A stretch of DNA of 64,000 nt from Andalucia godoyi And28 (GCA_009859145.1 VRVR01000041.1:81266-145265); one strand, 5' to 3'; counted from the stretch's first letter, positions 11,017-22,725 are shown. Notes: a model not told the origin generated them from the letters alone. A program made the numbers and translations.

Positions 11017-12444
11017 ATGGAGAACCAAGAAAGTTTATTTGTGACTGTGAAGGTCAAGAGCTCTTCCGGAGATTTTGAAGTCACCGGAGTTGAGCTTCAC
11101 GGTCTTGTGTCGTCTTTGAAGGAAAAGGTTGAAGCGGCGACGGGGGTTCCTGCTGCTGTTCAGCGTCTTATTTACAAAGGGCATGTGCTCAAAGACGCCG
11201 CGGAGCTTTCCAGTTACAATTTTCAAGATGGCCATGCCATCCATCTGGTACGCGGGTCATCCTCTGCCGCTGCTGCCGCTCCGTCTGTTGCCGCCGCTGC
11301 CTCGACAGGAGCAACTGCGTCTTCGGTTCCCACGGCAGTCCCTTCTCAGACAAGCGGTGCGAGACCCGCCGCTCCTGCCGCCTCGGCTGCAAATCCTTTT
11401 GCAGCGCCTTTCGCTCTCCCGACTGCGGCTGCTCCAGGTGGCAATCCCTTTGCCGCACCTTTCGGGGGTGTGGGACAGATGCCCGACATGGAAGCCATGA
11501 TGCGGTCTCCTATGATGGATGCCTTGCTCTCCAATCCAGAGTTCATGCGCAGTATGATTCAATCGAACCCTCAGTTGTCGCAGATTGTTCAACAGAATCC
11601 CGAGCTTGGACGAATGATGACCGATCCTCAAATGCTTCGACAGACGATGGAAATGGCTAGAAATCCCAGCCTCATGAGGGAGATGATGCGCAATCAAGAC
11701 CTTGCTATGAGCCAAGTGGAAGGTATTCCGGGGGGATTTGACGCACTTCGCCAGATGTACCAAAATGTCGCCACTCCGCTGTTTGAGGCGACGACCAATC
11801 CAACCCCAGAACCGTCTAATGATCAGCCGGCTGCGCAAAATCCCCCTCAGAATCCCCCTTCATCTGGAACCTTTCCCAATCCGTTTGCTGCGCCTGCTGG
11901 AGGACCGAACGCTGCGAACCCCTTTGCTGCCGCTGGAGATCCTTCAAATCTTTTTGGAGCCGCAGGCATGCCTGCTGGAATGGAGCAAATGATGCGGAAT
12001 CCAATGATGCAACAAATGATGCAACAAATGATGTCCGACCCGCAGTTTATGGAATCAATGCTTCGTTCGAACCCTGCAATGGCGCCTTTGATTGATCAGA
12101 ATCCGGCTGTCTTGGAGCAACTTCGAAACCCACAGTTTCTTCAAGCGATGTCTGACCCAGCAAATCTACAAGCTCTGGCCCAGTTGCAGCGGTCCGGACT
12201 TTTCCCCAGCGGCGCAGGTGGTCTGGGTATGGGGGGGTTGGGAGCGCTTGGCTCTGGAGCTCCACAATGGAGTGTTCCGGCGCAGACGACTCCTGCAACT
12301 CCTCCCGCGAATCCCGAACAGCATTATGCCTCTCAGCTTTCCCAATTGGAGGAGATGGGATTCTTTGATCGTGAGGCCAACATTCGAGCATTGGTGGCGT
12401 CGCGCGGTAATGTGCAGCTCGCAATTGAGCGCTTGTTGCAATAA
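11017..12444 (+). CDS. UBQLN: Ubiquilin/Dsk2 (UBL-STI1-UBA)
   Basis: N-terminal UBL (QRLIYKGHVLKD), Met/Asn/Pro-rich STI1 repeats, C-terminal UBA (QLSQLEEMGFFDREANIRALVASRGNVQLAIERLL). Confidence 0.95.
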   Translation: MENQESLFVTVKVKSSSGDFEVTGVELHGLVSSLKEKVEAATGVPAAVQRLIYKGHVLKDAAELSSYNFQDGHAIHLVRGSSSAAAAAPSVAAAASTGATASSVPTAVPSQTSGARPAAPAASAANPFAAPFALPTAAAPGGNPFAAPFGGVGQMPDMEAMMRSPMMDALLSNPEFMRSMIQSNPQLSQIVQQNPELGRMMTDPQMLRQTMEMARNPSLMREMMRNQDLAMSQVEGIPGGFDALRQMYQNVATPLFEATTNPTPEPSNDQPAAQNPPQNPPSSGTFPNPFAAPAGGPNAANPFAAAGDPSNLFGAAGMPAGMEQMMRNPMMQQMMQQMMSDPQFMESMLRSNPAMAPLIDQNPAVLEQLRNPQFLQAMSDPANLQALAQLQRSGLFPSGAGGLGMGGLGALGSGAPQWSVPAQTTPATPPANPEQHYASQLSQLEEMGFFDREANIRALVASRGNVQLAIERLLQ

Positions 12445-12516
12445 ATGATACGGTTCTCTGGATGTATGTGTGTGTATACATCTTTTGTTTAAGAATATTA
12501 CGAATGCGGCGTCGAC

Positions 12517-14271
12517 TCATCGCGTACCGGACGATGATGCAGTAACCACTCGGCGACCTCGAATAAGAGCTGGTGTCCTCGACCGGTTAGCACGATATGG
12601 GTGAACAACACTCCCTCGATCAGCTGTCACTTTCCGTTGAAACGATTTCTTTAACTGCGGCGACTGGGATTGTTCATCAAACGGTTCTTCACGTTCCACC
12701 TCCGTTCCCCCAATCAAATCTGGCGGCAATTCAAGACAAGGGCACCTTTGTCGGTAGGCCTTGTACGATTCTCGGATGAATTGCAGATTCTTTTGGACAC
12801 CCGGTGTATGTGGTTGACAATTGAATGCTTTGAGAGATTTCAACTGCGAGATAGAGAATACGTCACAAAGAACAGGAACCGAGCATGATGTGGAAGACAC
12901 ATCCAAGATTTCTACAGCGACGAAAGCTTGCTTAATAACAGCAAGCACCGCATTAGTGACATTAACATTATTGGAAACGTCAAAACTGATCAAACACTCT
13001 AAATTCAAAAGAGACGACAATCTTGCAACCATTGTATCATGAATTCCACAAGATTTCAGTGAAACATGCGTGAGATTTTGTGAACACATGTCTACCAAAG
13101 AAAAATCCAGCAAACAATTAGAAAAACTCAACTTTCTGCACTGTGGTAAGAATTGAAGCAGATCGCGGACATTCTCCTTCGAAAAGTTCAAAAAGCAATC
13201 AAAAAATACAACTTCCAAGCGATTTAAAACACTGGATTGCAAAGCTGATACGACAGAAGAAGCATCAACAATATCAGATCCGTTAACCTCTAGCCGAGAC
13301 ATCGAGACAGCTGAATCACGAGGAAACACAAAGAATTCTGGACACACGGGTGTGGACAAGCACGCGACTCCGTGTTGTCCATGGTCTCCGTTTCCACAAA
13401 CAGTCAGGAACTGTATCCATGACGAAACTGCATAGAATGAACAAGAGGTACCATTCAAATTAAGAAACCGAAGCCGGGAAAACAGAGACGGAACAAGAGA
13501 GAAGTCCTTCCCGAACAGATACCACAAGAAATCATCCCCAATGAAGCTGTTCTTTGACATGTCCAATTCCACAAGGTGCTCTGCAATACATTGAATGAGA
13601 GCACGGTTTTCCACAATCGTATCTCTGTCCACACTTGACAAGTTCAAAGAAAATGGCTTGCAAATTTGGACATAGTCTGTTAGTGCCAGTTCTCCGTATG
13701 ATTGGATTCGAGAGCCCTTCCGAAGCCTCACCTTCGACACCATGGTCAAAAAATGTTCTCGGAAAAGAGGGATTGATACTGCATTTTCCTTGAAGTGAAC
13801 TATTGCAGCAACAGTGCATATCGCTTGCATGCTTGTCAAGCCGCACAGCTGTTCCAGGACTCCAATGAATGGGTCGGAAGCTGACATGCACAAGTGCTGC
13901 GCACAAAGGCCTTGTAAAGATTGGCACGGCAAATGCCTATCAAGGGAAGCGCTTTCGGAGCCTAATCTGGAGGGTTGGCCCCGATGAGTTTTTGCCGTCC
14001 TCGCCGTCCTCGCAACCACTTCCGTTTCCTGTCTCTCCAACTGTGGAACAACAGTACTGACGCCGCTGGAAGACGGCTTCGATTTTGGGGACATCCTCCG
14101 AGGAGACCCAATTGTGATGTAAACACCCTGCGATGGACGCGGTTGAATGGATGCACGAGCTAGCCGATAGCTGTCAGAAGGAGGGTTTGCAACACCTCGG
14201 ACCGAAAGTGGGTTCATGATTGTTTCTTCAGATGCATGTATATGGGAAAAAATATTTTTGAGACGACGCAC
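12517..14271 (-). CDS. Leucine-rich repeat (RNI-like) protein
   Basis: Repeated LxxLxLS motifs (LVELDMSKN, LRFLNLNGT, LTHVSLKSC, VEILDVSST). Confidence 0.75.
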   Translation of the reverse strand: MRRLKNIFSHIHASEETIMNPLSVRGVANPPSDSYRLARASIQPRPSQGVYITIGSPRRMSPKSKPSSSGVSTVVPQLERQETEVVARTARTAKTHRGQPSRLGSESASLDRHLPCQSLQGLCAQHLCMSASDPFIGVLEQLCGLTSMQAICTVAAIVHFKENAVSIPLFREHFLTMVSKVRLRKGSRIQSYGELALTDYVQICKPFSLNLSSVDRDTIVENRALIQCIAEHLVELDMSKNSFIGDDFLWYLFGKDFSLVPSLFSRLRFLNLNGTSCSFYAVSSWIQFLTVCGNGDHGQHGVACLSTPVCPEFFVFPRDSAVSMSRLEVNGSDIVDASSVVSALQSSVLNRLEVVFFDCFLNFSKENVRDLLQFLPQCRKLSFSNCLLDFSLVDMCSQNLTHVSLKSCGIHDTMVARLSSLLNLECLISFDVSNNVNVTNAVLAVIKQAFVAVEILDVSSTSCSVPVLCDVFSISQLKSLKAFNCQPHTPGVQKNLQFIRESYKAYRQRCPCLELPPDLIGGTEVEREEPFDEQSQSPQLKKSFQRKVTADRGSVVHPYRANRSRTPALIRGRRVVTASSSGTR

Positions 14272-14769
14272 AGGAGGAACTCGACGGATTACAATTATTC
14301 CTTTCTTGTGGAATAGCTACGTACAATGCAAAAAAATTAAATCGTACTAGACTACGTGAAATTCGATCTGCACTCGGGGTTTCTGCCGTTCTGGCACCAG
14401 GGAAAGGATTCCAAGATGTTTTTAGAATTATTATTTTATATGTGAAACTGGGAAATTGAAGTTCGAAAAAACGTTTGCGTATTTTATTTTTTCTGATCCG
14501 ACAAGCTGCGGGCTTGCTTCCACCGACGTGAAACGTGTGATTTTAACAGCTGTAGTTCTCCCCTCCCCCCTGCGTTTCTCCTTTTCCCTTTCGCTCATCG
14601 CAGTTCACTGCCGTGTGCGTCATTTTCTTCCAGTTTCAGTTATCATTATCTTTTTTTTTTTTTTTGCTTGGTTTTCAATTTTTGTTGCAAGAGAGTCGGT
14701 ATTGATATCTTAATTATAACTGTTGTCATTAGCATTCTCATCATTATTTATATATATACTCTCAAAGAT

Positions 14770-16779
14770 ATGGATATCACAAATTTCAATGGCGTCAAGG
14801 TCTACAATGTGACGAGCGCAGCATCAAAACTTCTTCCTGCCTTTCTCAAGGCCCGGGGGGAGAAAATCAAAAAGGTGTCGCAAACAGATTCGATCGATCT
14901 GTTGCAGGAGTTTGAGTTTCCAAGTGCGTGTAATTGCATCACAATGTCAGAAGATCTGCAAACTGTCATTGCTGCTGGTTCATACAAGCCACAGATTAAA
15001 GTCTGGGAGACGGAAGAACTGACCATGAAGTTCATGCGGTCAATGGATTCGGAGGTCATGAAAGTCCAACCACTCACTGAAGACTGGAAGAAGTTGGTTA
15101 CTCTTCACGCGGATCGCTATGTTGGCTTCCACGCCCAATTCGGCTTGTATCATAGTTTGCGACTCCCAGCTTTCGGCCGGGACTTGGCATACGATTGCAG
15201 GACTTGTGATCTGTTTGCTGTTGGGATGTCATCCGAGGTGTATCGGATAAATCTCGAGGAAGGCAGATTCCAGACTCCGCTATCTTCTGCTTCGGGTGTA
15301 TCTTGCGAGTATCTTCTTTCTTGTGACCGCCAGAAAATGGGTACTGGAGTTTTGTTCGCGGCCGGCGGGGATGACGGTTTGGTGCAGTTCTGGGATCTAA
15401 GGACCAAGGCTGCGGTGTCGTATCTCAAAGTTTCTGAACACGATGTCTCTCGTGTCCGATTTTGCCCAGCCAACTCCGTCCACATGGCTGCAGGAGACGC
15501 ATCTGGAGTAGTGAGAATATTTGACCTTCGCATGTCTGAGCCTATTTTAACAAAGGACCATAATTTCGAAGTTCCTATTGTACAAATACATTTCCACGAA
15601 GGCTCGAACAAGTGGATATCTGCCTGTGAGCGTGCAATCAAAGTCTGGGACGCACAAACCGGAGATGCATTTACGTCTATGGAACCGTATTCTGCTGTAC
15701 CTTCTGGTCGGGGTTCCACTGTAACGACGAATTTGTCGATTGCGAAGAAGAAGAAGAAACTGTTCAAGAACAATTCAGTAGTGGACGGCGCATTCTCTGG
15801 TGCAGCCGTGCATTCCGACAGCACAAATGACTTTTCTGGTAGAATTACCGATTTTTGCGTGGCTGCAGGAGACAGAGGCCTCCTATTTGTTGGAGGAGAT
15901 TGCCCCCACATGCAATCCTACTTCATTCCAGAACTCGGCCCTGCTCCCAGATGGTGCTCGTTTCTGGATTCCGTGGCGGAAGATTTCAGCGAACAGGTTC
16001 CGACGTTTTATACAGACTACAAATTTGTTACCCGCGCAGAACTGGATGCTCTTGGTTTGACTCATTTGATTGGAACAGACATGCTGCGAGATTACATGCA
16101 TGGCTTTTTCATGGATATTCGGCTGTATAAGAAGGCAAAATCTGTCGCGGATCCATTTGAATTCAAGAAATACCGTGAAGAACAGGTGCAGTCCAAGATC
16201 AAATCGGAAAGAGCATCGCGTGTGGGACTTGCGCAACCGACTGCGGGCGCGGTGGACAAGCCTGCAGTCTCACAGAAGGTCTTGAAGGATAGCAGGTTTG
16301 CGCAACTTATCGATGGTAATGCAGATTTCGAAATTGATGAAGAAAGCGCAGAGTTCAAACGCGCCTTCCCTGGTGGACGTCAGAAGCTGCTTCGCAATGG
16401 CGGCGATGACAGTGAAGACAGCGAAGCTGAAAATGAGACGAGACCTGTTGAAGAATCCGCTATTTCGAGTGAGCGCAGCGAGGAAAATGAAGGCGACGAC
16501 AATGACTCGGAAGATGAGGACGTTATAAACCGAGTTTATCTTGATCCTTTGGCAAAGAACAAAGCGTCCCGCGCTTTGCGTCAAGCGGAGAAAGAGCGAG
16601 AGCTTGTTCGGAAGCGCGAAGTAGAAGATGAAGAACAGCGTGCTCGCAAGAAAGCCCGAAAGCAGCCAATGGAAGATCGTTTGGCGTTAGAAGACAATTC
16701 CAGCAAAGGCTCTCGGCCTATTCGATCCGCGTCTACTGACAAATTCCGAGACAGAAGACGCATGAACTTCCGCAAATGA
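14770..16779 (+). CDS. NOL10: Nucleolar protein 10/Enp2 (WD40 + NUC153)
   Basis: MDITNFNGVKVYNV start, DLLQEFEFP, GSYKPQIKVW, IPELGPAPRWCSFLD, YMHGFFMD and the NUC153 segment DSRFAQL..NADFEIDEES. Confidence 0.95.
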   Translation: MDITNFNGVKVYNVTSAASKLLPAFLKARGEKIKKVSQTDSIDLLQEFEFPSACNCITMSEDLQTVIAAGSYKPQIKVWETEELTMKFMRSMDSEVMKVQPLTEDWKKLVTLHADRYVGFHAQFGLYHSLRLPAFGRDLAYDCRTCDLFAVGMSSEVYRINLEEGRFQTPLSSASGVSCEYLLSCDRQKMGTGVLFAAGGDDGLVQFWDLRTKAAVSYLKVSEHDVSRVRFCPANSVHMAAGDASGVVRIFDLRMSEPILTKDHNFEVPIVQIHFHEGSNKWISACERAIKVWDAQTGDAFTSMEPYSAVPSGRGSTVTTNLSIAKKKKKLFKNNSVVDGAFSGAAVHSDSTNDFSGRITDFCVAAGDRGLLFVGGDCPHMQSYFIPELGPAPRWCSFLDSVAEDFSEQVPTFYTDYKFVTRAELDALGLTHLIGTDMLRDYMHGFFMDIRLYKKAKSVADPFEFKKYREEQVQSKIKSERASRVGLAQPTAGAVDKPAVSQKVLKDSRFAQLIDGNADFEIDEESAEFKRAFPGGRQKLLRNGGDDSEDSEAENETRPVEESAISSERSEENEGDDNDSEDEDVINRVYLDPLAKNKASRALRQAEKERELVRKREVEDEEQRARKKARKQPMEDRLALEDNSSKGSRPIRSASTDKFRDRRRMNFRK

Positions 16780-17165
16780 GCGAGAATCACTTTTATCCGT
16801 CCACCCGCTGTATGTAAAATGTTCTCGCCTTTTGGTATGCAGTATTATTCTATTTCTGCCTTTTTTGCATCCTACATGACGGCATGCAGCATACCCGTCC
16901 TCGATGCCGGGAACGGCAGGGTTCGCAAGTCGCGCAGTCGCAGCACACACTCTTGGTGAAAAAAAATAGTTAAAATCAAAAAAAAAAAAACAACAACAAA
17001 AAAACATCGTCGGCTGTAACCGCGCCCTTCTTCCTGGAATGCATCGGATTGACGTTCTTCTCGCCACTCCCTCTTTTTTTGCTGGCTGCGGCTTAGGTGC
17101 AACGTTTCCGTCCATTCGCTCATTTCCTTTCGTTCAACTCTGGAACACATCCAGCAGGCCACACA

Positions 17166-18056
17166 ATGGGGAAGTATGCGCAGTTCATCATCGGACCTGC
17201 AGGGAGTGGCAAATCTACCTATTGCGCGGAGTTGTCGCGTTATTTAACCGAAAAACATCGAAAGGTTCACTGCGTGAATCTCGATCCTGCAGCGCACCAC
17301 CTTGCCTACGAACCATCGATCGATATTCGTGAACTCGTCACAACCGAAGACCTCGCTTCCGAGCTGTCCTATGGTCCGAATGGGGCGCTTTTAGCGGCGT
17401 TCGAGTATCTGGGGAACAATATGGATTGGTTTGAAGAGGAAGTGTCGGATTTTTCGGACGACTATTTGTTGATTGATTGTCCTGGGCAAATCGAGCTCTA
17501 CGCTCACATCCCGGTTATGCGGTCCATTGGAAAATGTTTGCGAGATCGCATGGGCTATTTTGTCTGTGCCGTATGTTTGATTGATGCTTCATTCGTTGCC
17601 GATATCACAAAGTTTGTAGCGGGATCGTTAGTTTGTCTGTCAGCCATGTGCTCTCTGGAGCTTCCCCACATTAACGTCGTTTCAAAGTGCGACTTGTTAC
17701 CAAAAGGTGTGGAGAATGAGGAGCTACAGCGATTGTTGTCGCCAGACAAGTATGAAATTGCAGAAATGCTGGATCAGTCGTCGGTTAGTCATGCCCCTGG
17801 GCTGCGACGACTGCATGAGCAGATGGCTGGATTATTGGATGAATTCTCCCTCGTTTCTTTCATTCCGCTAAACATCAGAGACGATGAGTCGGTTGAACAC
17901 GTGCTTTATCAAGCGGATCAGTGTGTGCAGTTTGGAGAAGACGAAGAGCCGAAGGAGTCAGACTTCTTCCCTCCCGAGCGAGACGGTGACGACGGCGATG
18001 ACGCGGGCCAGATGGATGCAGCAGCGCAGTTTATTGGTGGCGGCGGATTCCCGTAG
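17166..18056 (+). CDS. GPN3: GPN-loop GTPase 3
   Basis: MGKYAQFIIGPAGSGKSTYC, VNLDPAA, YGPNGAL, DCPGQIELY, LPHINVVSKCDL. Confidence 0.95.
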   Translation: MGKYAQFIIGPAGSGKSTYCAELSRYLTEKHRKVHCVNLDPAAHHLAYEPSIDIRELVTTEDLASELSYGPNGALLAAFEYLGNNMDWFEEEVSDFSDDYLLIDCPGQIELYAHIPVMRSIGKCLRDRMGYFVCAVCLIDASFVADITKFVAGSLVCLSAMCSLELPHINVVSKCDLLPKGVENEELQRLLSPDKYEIAEMLDQSSVSHAPGLRRLHEQMAGLLDEFSLVSFIPLNIRDDESVEHVLYQADQCVQFGEDEEPKESDFFPPERDGDDGDDAGQMDAAAQFIGGGGFP

Positions 18057-18429
18057 AAACGGGCTGATCTCGCGTTTAAAAAAAAAAGAAGAAGAAAAGA
18101 AATATGACGGGTAACCTGATTTTGCTGCGTGTGTCGGTTCATCGAAACGGCGTCTGCGTTGTTTTTCAGCTCCCGCGTTACGTCTATGCAAAATCCACAA
18201 GGCCTGCAACGCTCCCCTTCGCATTGCAACTTCGCAAGCAGCTTCTATCAGATGCGGCGCCTGCTCTGCATACACTTGAATATTGATGAAGAAGTTTCTT
18301 CGTTTCCAGAGACTGCCGCGGCTGCAATTTGATTCCGCATAGGTGCTTGTCCGGCGTATTGCCGTTTTCCTGCCGGTTCTGCTTTTTCTTGGCTTCCTTT
18401 CTTTGTTTTTTTGCTCTAGAGCGTCATAG

Positions 18430-19510
18430 GTGTGCAATATTTGAATCGCAGCGGAATAATCATACGACAGTAGCGGAAATTCGAACTCCATGCACGGTGA
18501 GACTCGGAACTGTAAATAAACTCAGTTACGGTTTTCATCACCGAAGCACCAGGATTCTGCCGAGTACAACTTCGTCCGCAAGCCCGACAGTACAAAAAGT
18601 GGGGAGCGAAATTAAACAAACCCGTAGTGACGCTCCCCCCTCCAAGTCTCAAACTTTGAGAGGAACGCGACATCATAGTTCTCGCAGAAAACTCGCAAAA
18701 AAATTTGGGCGTCGTTGTGGAGTCGTTGGTAAGAAGTGCGGATGCACTGCAACTCTTCAACAAGCCCGAGTTGTGGACGACGACAACAAGTAAATCAAAA
18801 CGAAATAAGAACAAGTAAACCGCGAGATCGTGGAAAAGAAGGAGATATTTTAATTTAGCTAAAGCCAGATCGGAAATACTCTTCGTTAGAATTTCAGGCA
18901 TTGTGACAAGACGATGAAAACGAAAATTACATGCGGGACGAACAGTTCAAAAGTTGCCCAGCGCCTCGTTCCAATGCTAATCACTGTTGAACAGTACTGG
19001 CAACACTCACGTCGCTTTCATGAGATTTATGCGTACAACTCCTCACAGGAGAAGGCGCTCAATATGATTGAACAATGCTTCAAACATGCATTTCGAGAAG
19101 CAAAGTCAATCTCGATCCATTTCGAACTCCACAGCGTTTGTACTCTTCAGTTGCTTTGTCGTGGACTACCACAGCTTCTTCGACGTTTCCGCTCCGCCAT
19201 CGTCTTTAAGATCAGGGCGGTTGAAGTTGCTCCCGAACGCGATTTTGCCGTTTGAAGGGTCTTGGACTTGTCGTTTCGAGATCAGGCCGTTGTCAATCGC
19301 TGGAGACTCCCGCGCAACAGATCGTCTTCTCTTTGCATTCTTTTTTCCGTGGCAGTTGTGACGGAGCGGCTTGCGAGGTCCTTTCGGATGGGATTCAATG
19401 GAATACAGGCGTCCACGATATACCCGATCTTGCCAGAGGAAGCCCCATCATCTTCTGAGCGTCATGGAAGAGAGATATCAAAGTGTTTTGGCTTTAACCG
19501 CGCTCGCTTC
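18430..19510 (-). pseudogene. Decayed near-full-length TnpB/Fanzor2-like relic (copy 2)
   Basis: One frame, read through two stops, gives LHNDAQIFLRVFCENYDVAFLSKFET (18722-18645), HYGF (18629), WCFGDEN, FRVSPC and YDYSAAIQIL (18464-18435). Upstream frames give VISIGTRRWATFELFVP (18984-18934) and TLRR(W)MG (19462-19443). Confidence 0.7.
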
Positions 19511-19911
19511 GAGATACATTTTTTTAAAAATACGGATTCCGAATTTTGCATCTCATTTGGGTTCCTTTTTTACATTATAAAAATCTCAGTTCGAAAAGCA
19601 GCAAAGCCATTTTTTAATTTTATTTAAGAGCCGCCTTCAAGGAGAAAAACATGCCTTCCAACGGTTTCTTTTTTCGTCCTCAGTGTGAGGTCCGGCGCAC
19701 TCGTTCTCGGTTTTTTTTGCTGCATTGAACTTTGAAACCTTTCGTCTTCGATTGAGTGGAAACGGGTCCTCATTTTATTTTATTCTTTCTTCTCGTATCC
19801 AATCAGTCCAGGACCGTCATTTTCTCTTTGCTTGTGGCATTCATTCCCCCCACTCTTTTGGTTGTATTGCATTGTTTTGTTGTTGGTTATTATTATTGCG
19901 TTTTTGCATAA

Positions 19912-22527
19912 ATGGAACAGTTGCAAGCACAGCTTCATGTGCAGCTGGATTACAACAACCAGCTTCTGCAGCAATTACAGTCTCTTGAACGAGAACATTT
20001 GGACACTCGTCGTGAACTGGCTTCCAGGGATGCTGCAATCCGCAGGCTGCAGTCAGCTCTTTCAGAAGCCGAGCGCGGTGCCAATTCTGCGGCGTTGAAC
20101 GCAGAATCAGCAACACGTGGCAGAGATGCTCTTGCTTCGCAAACAGAGTCTCTGCGAGCCGCGCTTTCGGGAGTTGAAAGATCGCTGCAGGACACTGCAA
20201 GAGAGCGCGATGGCTTTAAATCGGAGAATGAGAAGCTGCAACATCAGATGGTGCTAATGAGATCTGCTTTGGAGGATCTTCAACGAAGCAGCAATGAACA
20301 AGAAGCAGCTCGTTCAGAACGTGATACGGAAATTGCAAGACTCCGAGACGAGATATCTCGGACAGGAAATCATTTGCATAATGTGCAGCGTGATTGTGAA
20401 AATTGGCAACGACAGGCCAACGATGCAAATACAAGAGAGAGCATGTTGAAGGACGAATTGTGGCGTGAGCATCAGGCGCTGGAGTCTCTTCGTAATGATA
20501 TGCGAAATCAGGTGTCCAGAGATGCGCAGGCGCGACGGGAAGCAGAGGAGAGCCTTCGTTCGGAGCACGAAACTCAAATGGCTACTTTGCGGAACACGCT
20601 GGAGGTTGCGGAGCGCGAAATGCGCAGAGCCCAGGCGGAGGCTGCTGATCTGCATGGCACTTTACAACGCATTCAGAACGAACAAGCAATCACCCTGCGA
20701 AATGTGGCGGAGAATCGAGCAGCAACGGACGACCGTGTCCGTGCTGCTGAGGCGTCTCTCCAGGGTGCTGAGGTTGCCCTTGATAACCTTCGCCGTGAGG
20801 CAGACACCACCCAGCGGCAACTGATGCAAGCTATCGATTCATTGAGGCTGCAGTTGAACGACCGCACGGAGGCCATGTGCCAAATTTTGGAAGTGGTGCG
20901 GACCGAGCTGCGCACAGTGCACCACGATGAGTTTGTACAGAGAAATGCACAACAGCTCGCACGCCTTGAAACAGCCGTTGCGGCGTCTCTTCAGACGCTG
21001 TCGCATCTCGAACATGAATCTCATCAGTTGTTCGAAAGCATCTTTATGCCGGCATTCCGCACCGTTTGTGAGGAGCGTGATGGAATTTTCCGTGATTTGG
21101 CAAACCTCAACGAGAATCACGAAAGATTGGGTCTTGCAGTCGAGGAAGAGCGTGCAAGAACACTTGCTGCAGAACAAAAGGTGGCGTCTCTTGAGCAGCG
21201 GATCCGGGATATTCAAGAAGAGGCGGCGCGAAACAGCGAAACCTTGAGGAAGGACTTCTCACGGCACGCTGTGGATCTGGAACGATCTGTTCAACAAGCC
21301 GTTCAAGAAGCCGCAACTCGCGGGGCGATGGCAGATGAAGCACGTGCGCAGCGCGAACTGGTTGCCCAGCAGCTAATGACTTGCGAAGGCGATCGCGATC
21401 GATTGCGTGCGCAGTTAAATGAAGCGCAGAATGCTCTTCGGAATGCCGTCCGAGAGGCAGAATCGAATGCTCGTGATCGAGATGCAGCCCGAAGGGATTC
21501 GGTTGAAAAGGAAGCAGAGCTTTCGCGACTTCAAATGACATTGGTTGCACGTGAGCGAGAGCTCGATTCAGTTCGAAGAGAAACGGCTGCTGAGGCTGCA
21601 AGGATGGAAGATGCGTTGAGACAGGCAAGACAGGATATTGACAACTCTCGTCAACAATGGGAAAGAGATAGGGAGAGGGACCATGAAGCTGCTCGGAAGA
21701 CGCAGACGCAGCTTGCACAGACACAAGCGCTTCTGCTTGTTGTACAAGAACAGAGAAAGGCTCTACAGGATGAGAACTCGATGCTGCGAGCCGATCTCGA
21801 GGGAATATACAAACCAGTATCTAGCTCCGGTTCCAGCTCCAGCTCATCGACACCAACACCAACGTTTTCGCAATCGCAGACCTTGCCGCAAACAGCGGCG
21901 CAAGTGAACGCCCAAAAGGCTGTGCAGTCCATCTTTAGCAGTTCGAAGTCCATCCTTCAGGCGCCCAATACAGGAAACGCAAACGCATCCAGTACGCAGT
22001 TAGGATCTAACTTGACAGCGAATGGCACGACTGGCTTGCCTCGGAGGGATGCGTCTCCGATGGGCCGCTATGGGTCCTGGACCTCGGGTTCGCTGACGGC
22101 TGCTTCTTATTCATCCGGAATTCCAACTGCAACTGCAACTGCGACTGGCACTGCATATGGTGGCCCAGCGACGTCCACTTCTGTCGGCCGCACGTCGAGA
22201 CCGTCGTCTCCGACGAGTCTGGCGAGGCCTGCGGCCCCGAGCAATTTTGCTGCATCCAGTTTTGCTTACCAGGCTCCGTCGTCATCGGTTGGGTCGGCTG
22301 GATATGGCGGGCAAAGTTCATATGGATCGCAGTCCCATTCGTCCAATTATTCTTCCTCGCAACCGGTATATCAGCCCTCAAACTCGGTGAACAGCTCCTC
22401 TGCAATGAACAGCTCTGCCAATTCGTCGGCATCTCTGATACAGTCCATTCTTGAGCGAAACCAGGAGTTGGATTCCAAATTCCGTTCGCTGAGTTCTGTG
22501 AATGCTTCTGCAGGGCCACGGCGCTGA
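19912..22527 (+). CDS. Long coiled-coil protein with Ser-rich tail (cytoskeletal/centrosomal-like)
   Basis: 871-aa ORF: about 630 aa of E/Q/R/A/L heptad-like sequence followed by a low-complexity tail. Confidence 0.75.
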   Translation: MEQLQAQLHVQLDYNNQLLQQLQSLEREHLDTRRELASRDAAIRRLQSALSEAERGANSAALNAESATRGRDALASQTESLRAALSGVERSLQDTARERDGFKSENEKLQHQMVLMRSALEDLQRSSNEQEAARSERDTEIARLRDEISRTGNHLHNVQRDCENWQRQANDANTRESMLKDELWREHQALESLRNDMRNQVSRDAQARREAEESLRSEHETQMATLRNTLEVAEREMRRAQAEAADLHGTLQRIQNEQAITLRNVAENRAATDDRVRAAEASLQGAEVALDNLRREADTTQRQLMQAIDSLRLQLNDRTEAMCQILEVVRTELRTVHHDEFVQRNAQQLARLETAVAASLQTLSHLEHESHQLFESIFMPAFRTVCEERDGIFRDLANLNENHERLGLAVEEERARTLAAEQKVASLEQRIRDIQEEAARNSETLRKDFSRHAVDLERSVQQAVQEAATRGAMADEARAQRELVAQQLMTCEGDRDRLRAQLNEAQNALRNAVREAESNARDRDAARRDSVEKEAELSRLQMTLVARERELDSVRRETAAEAARMEDALRQARQDIDNSRQQWERDRERDHEAARKTQTQLAQTQALLLVVQEQRKALQDENSMLRADLEGIYKPVSSSGSSSSSSTPTPTFSQSQTLPQTAAQVNAQKAVQSIFSSSKSILQAPNTGNANASSTQLGSNLTANGTTGLPRRDASPMGRYGSWTSGSLTAASYSSGIPTATATATGTAYGGPATSTSVGRTSRPSSPTSLARPAAPSNFAASSFAYQAPSSSVGSAGYGGQSSYGSQSHSSNYSSSQPVYQPSNSVNSSSAMNSSANSSASLIQSILERNQELDSKFRSLSSVNASAGPRR

Positions 22528-22725
22528 GATATTCTGCCACTCTATGCATTTGTTCATACATTTTGCATTGCTTGTTGAATAATGTAATGATTTTAATCAA
22601 AATATTTCGGTAAATCACTGCACACATGATATGAAATCCAGATTCGTGATGCACAACAATAGCTTCATTGTGATTTCAGCAGTGATGGCATTTTTGGGAG
22701 AGGCGTCCACTATATTACTTACAAT

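Noticed and set aside
7980-19510. Stop-codon reassignment or readthrough to explain the interrupted frames
   Set aside because: The interruptions include TGA, TAA and frameshifts, and intact genes use standard stops. Pseudogenisation is simpler.
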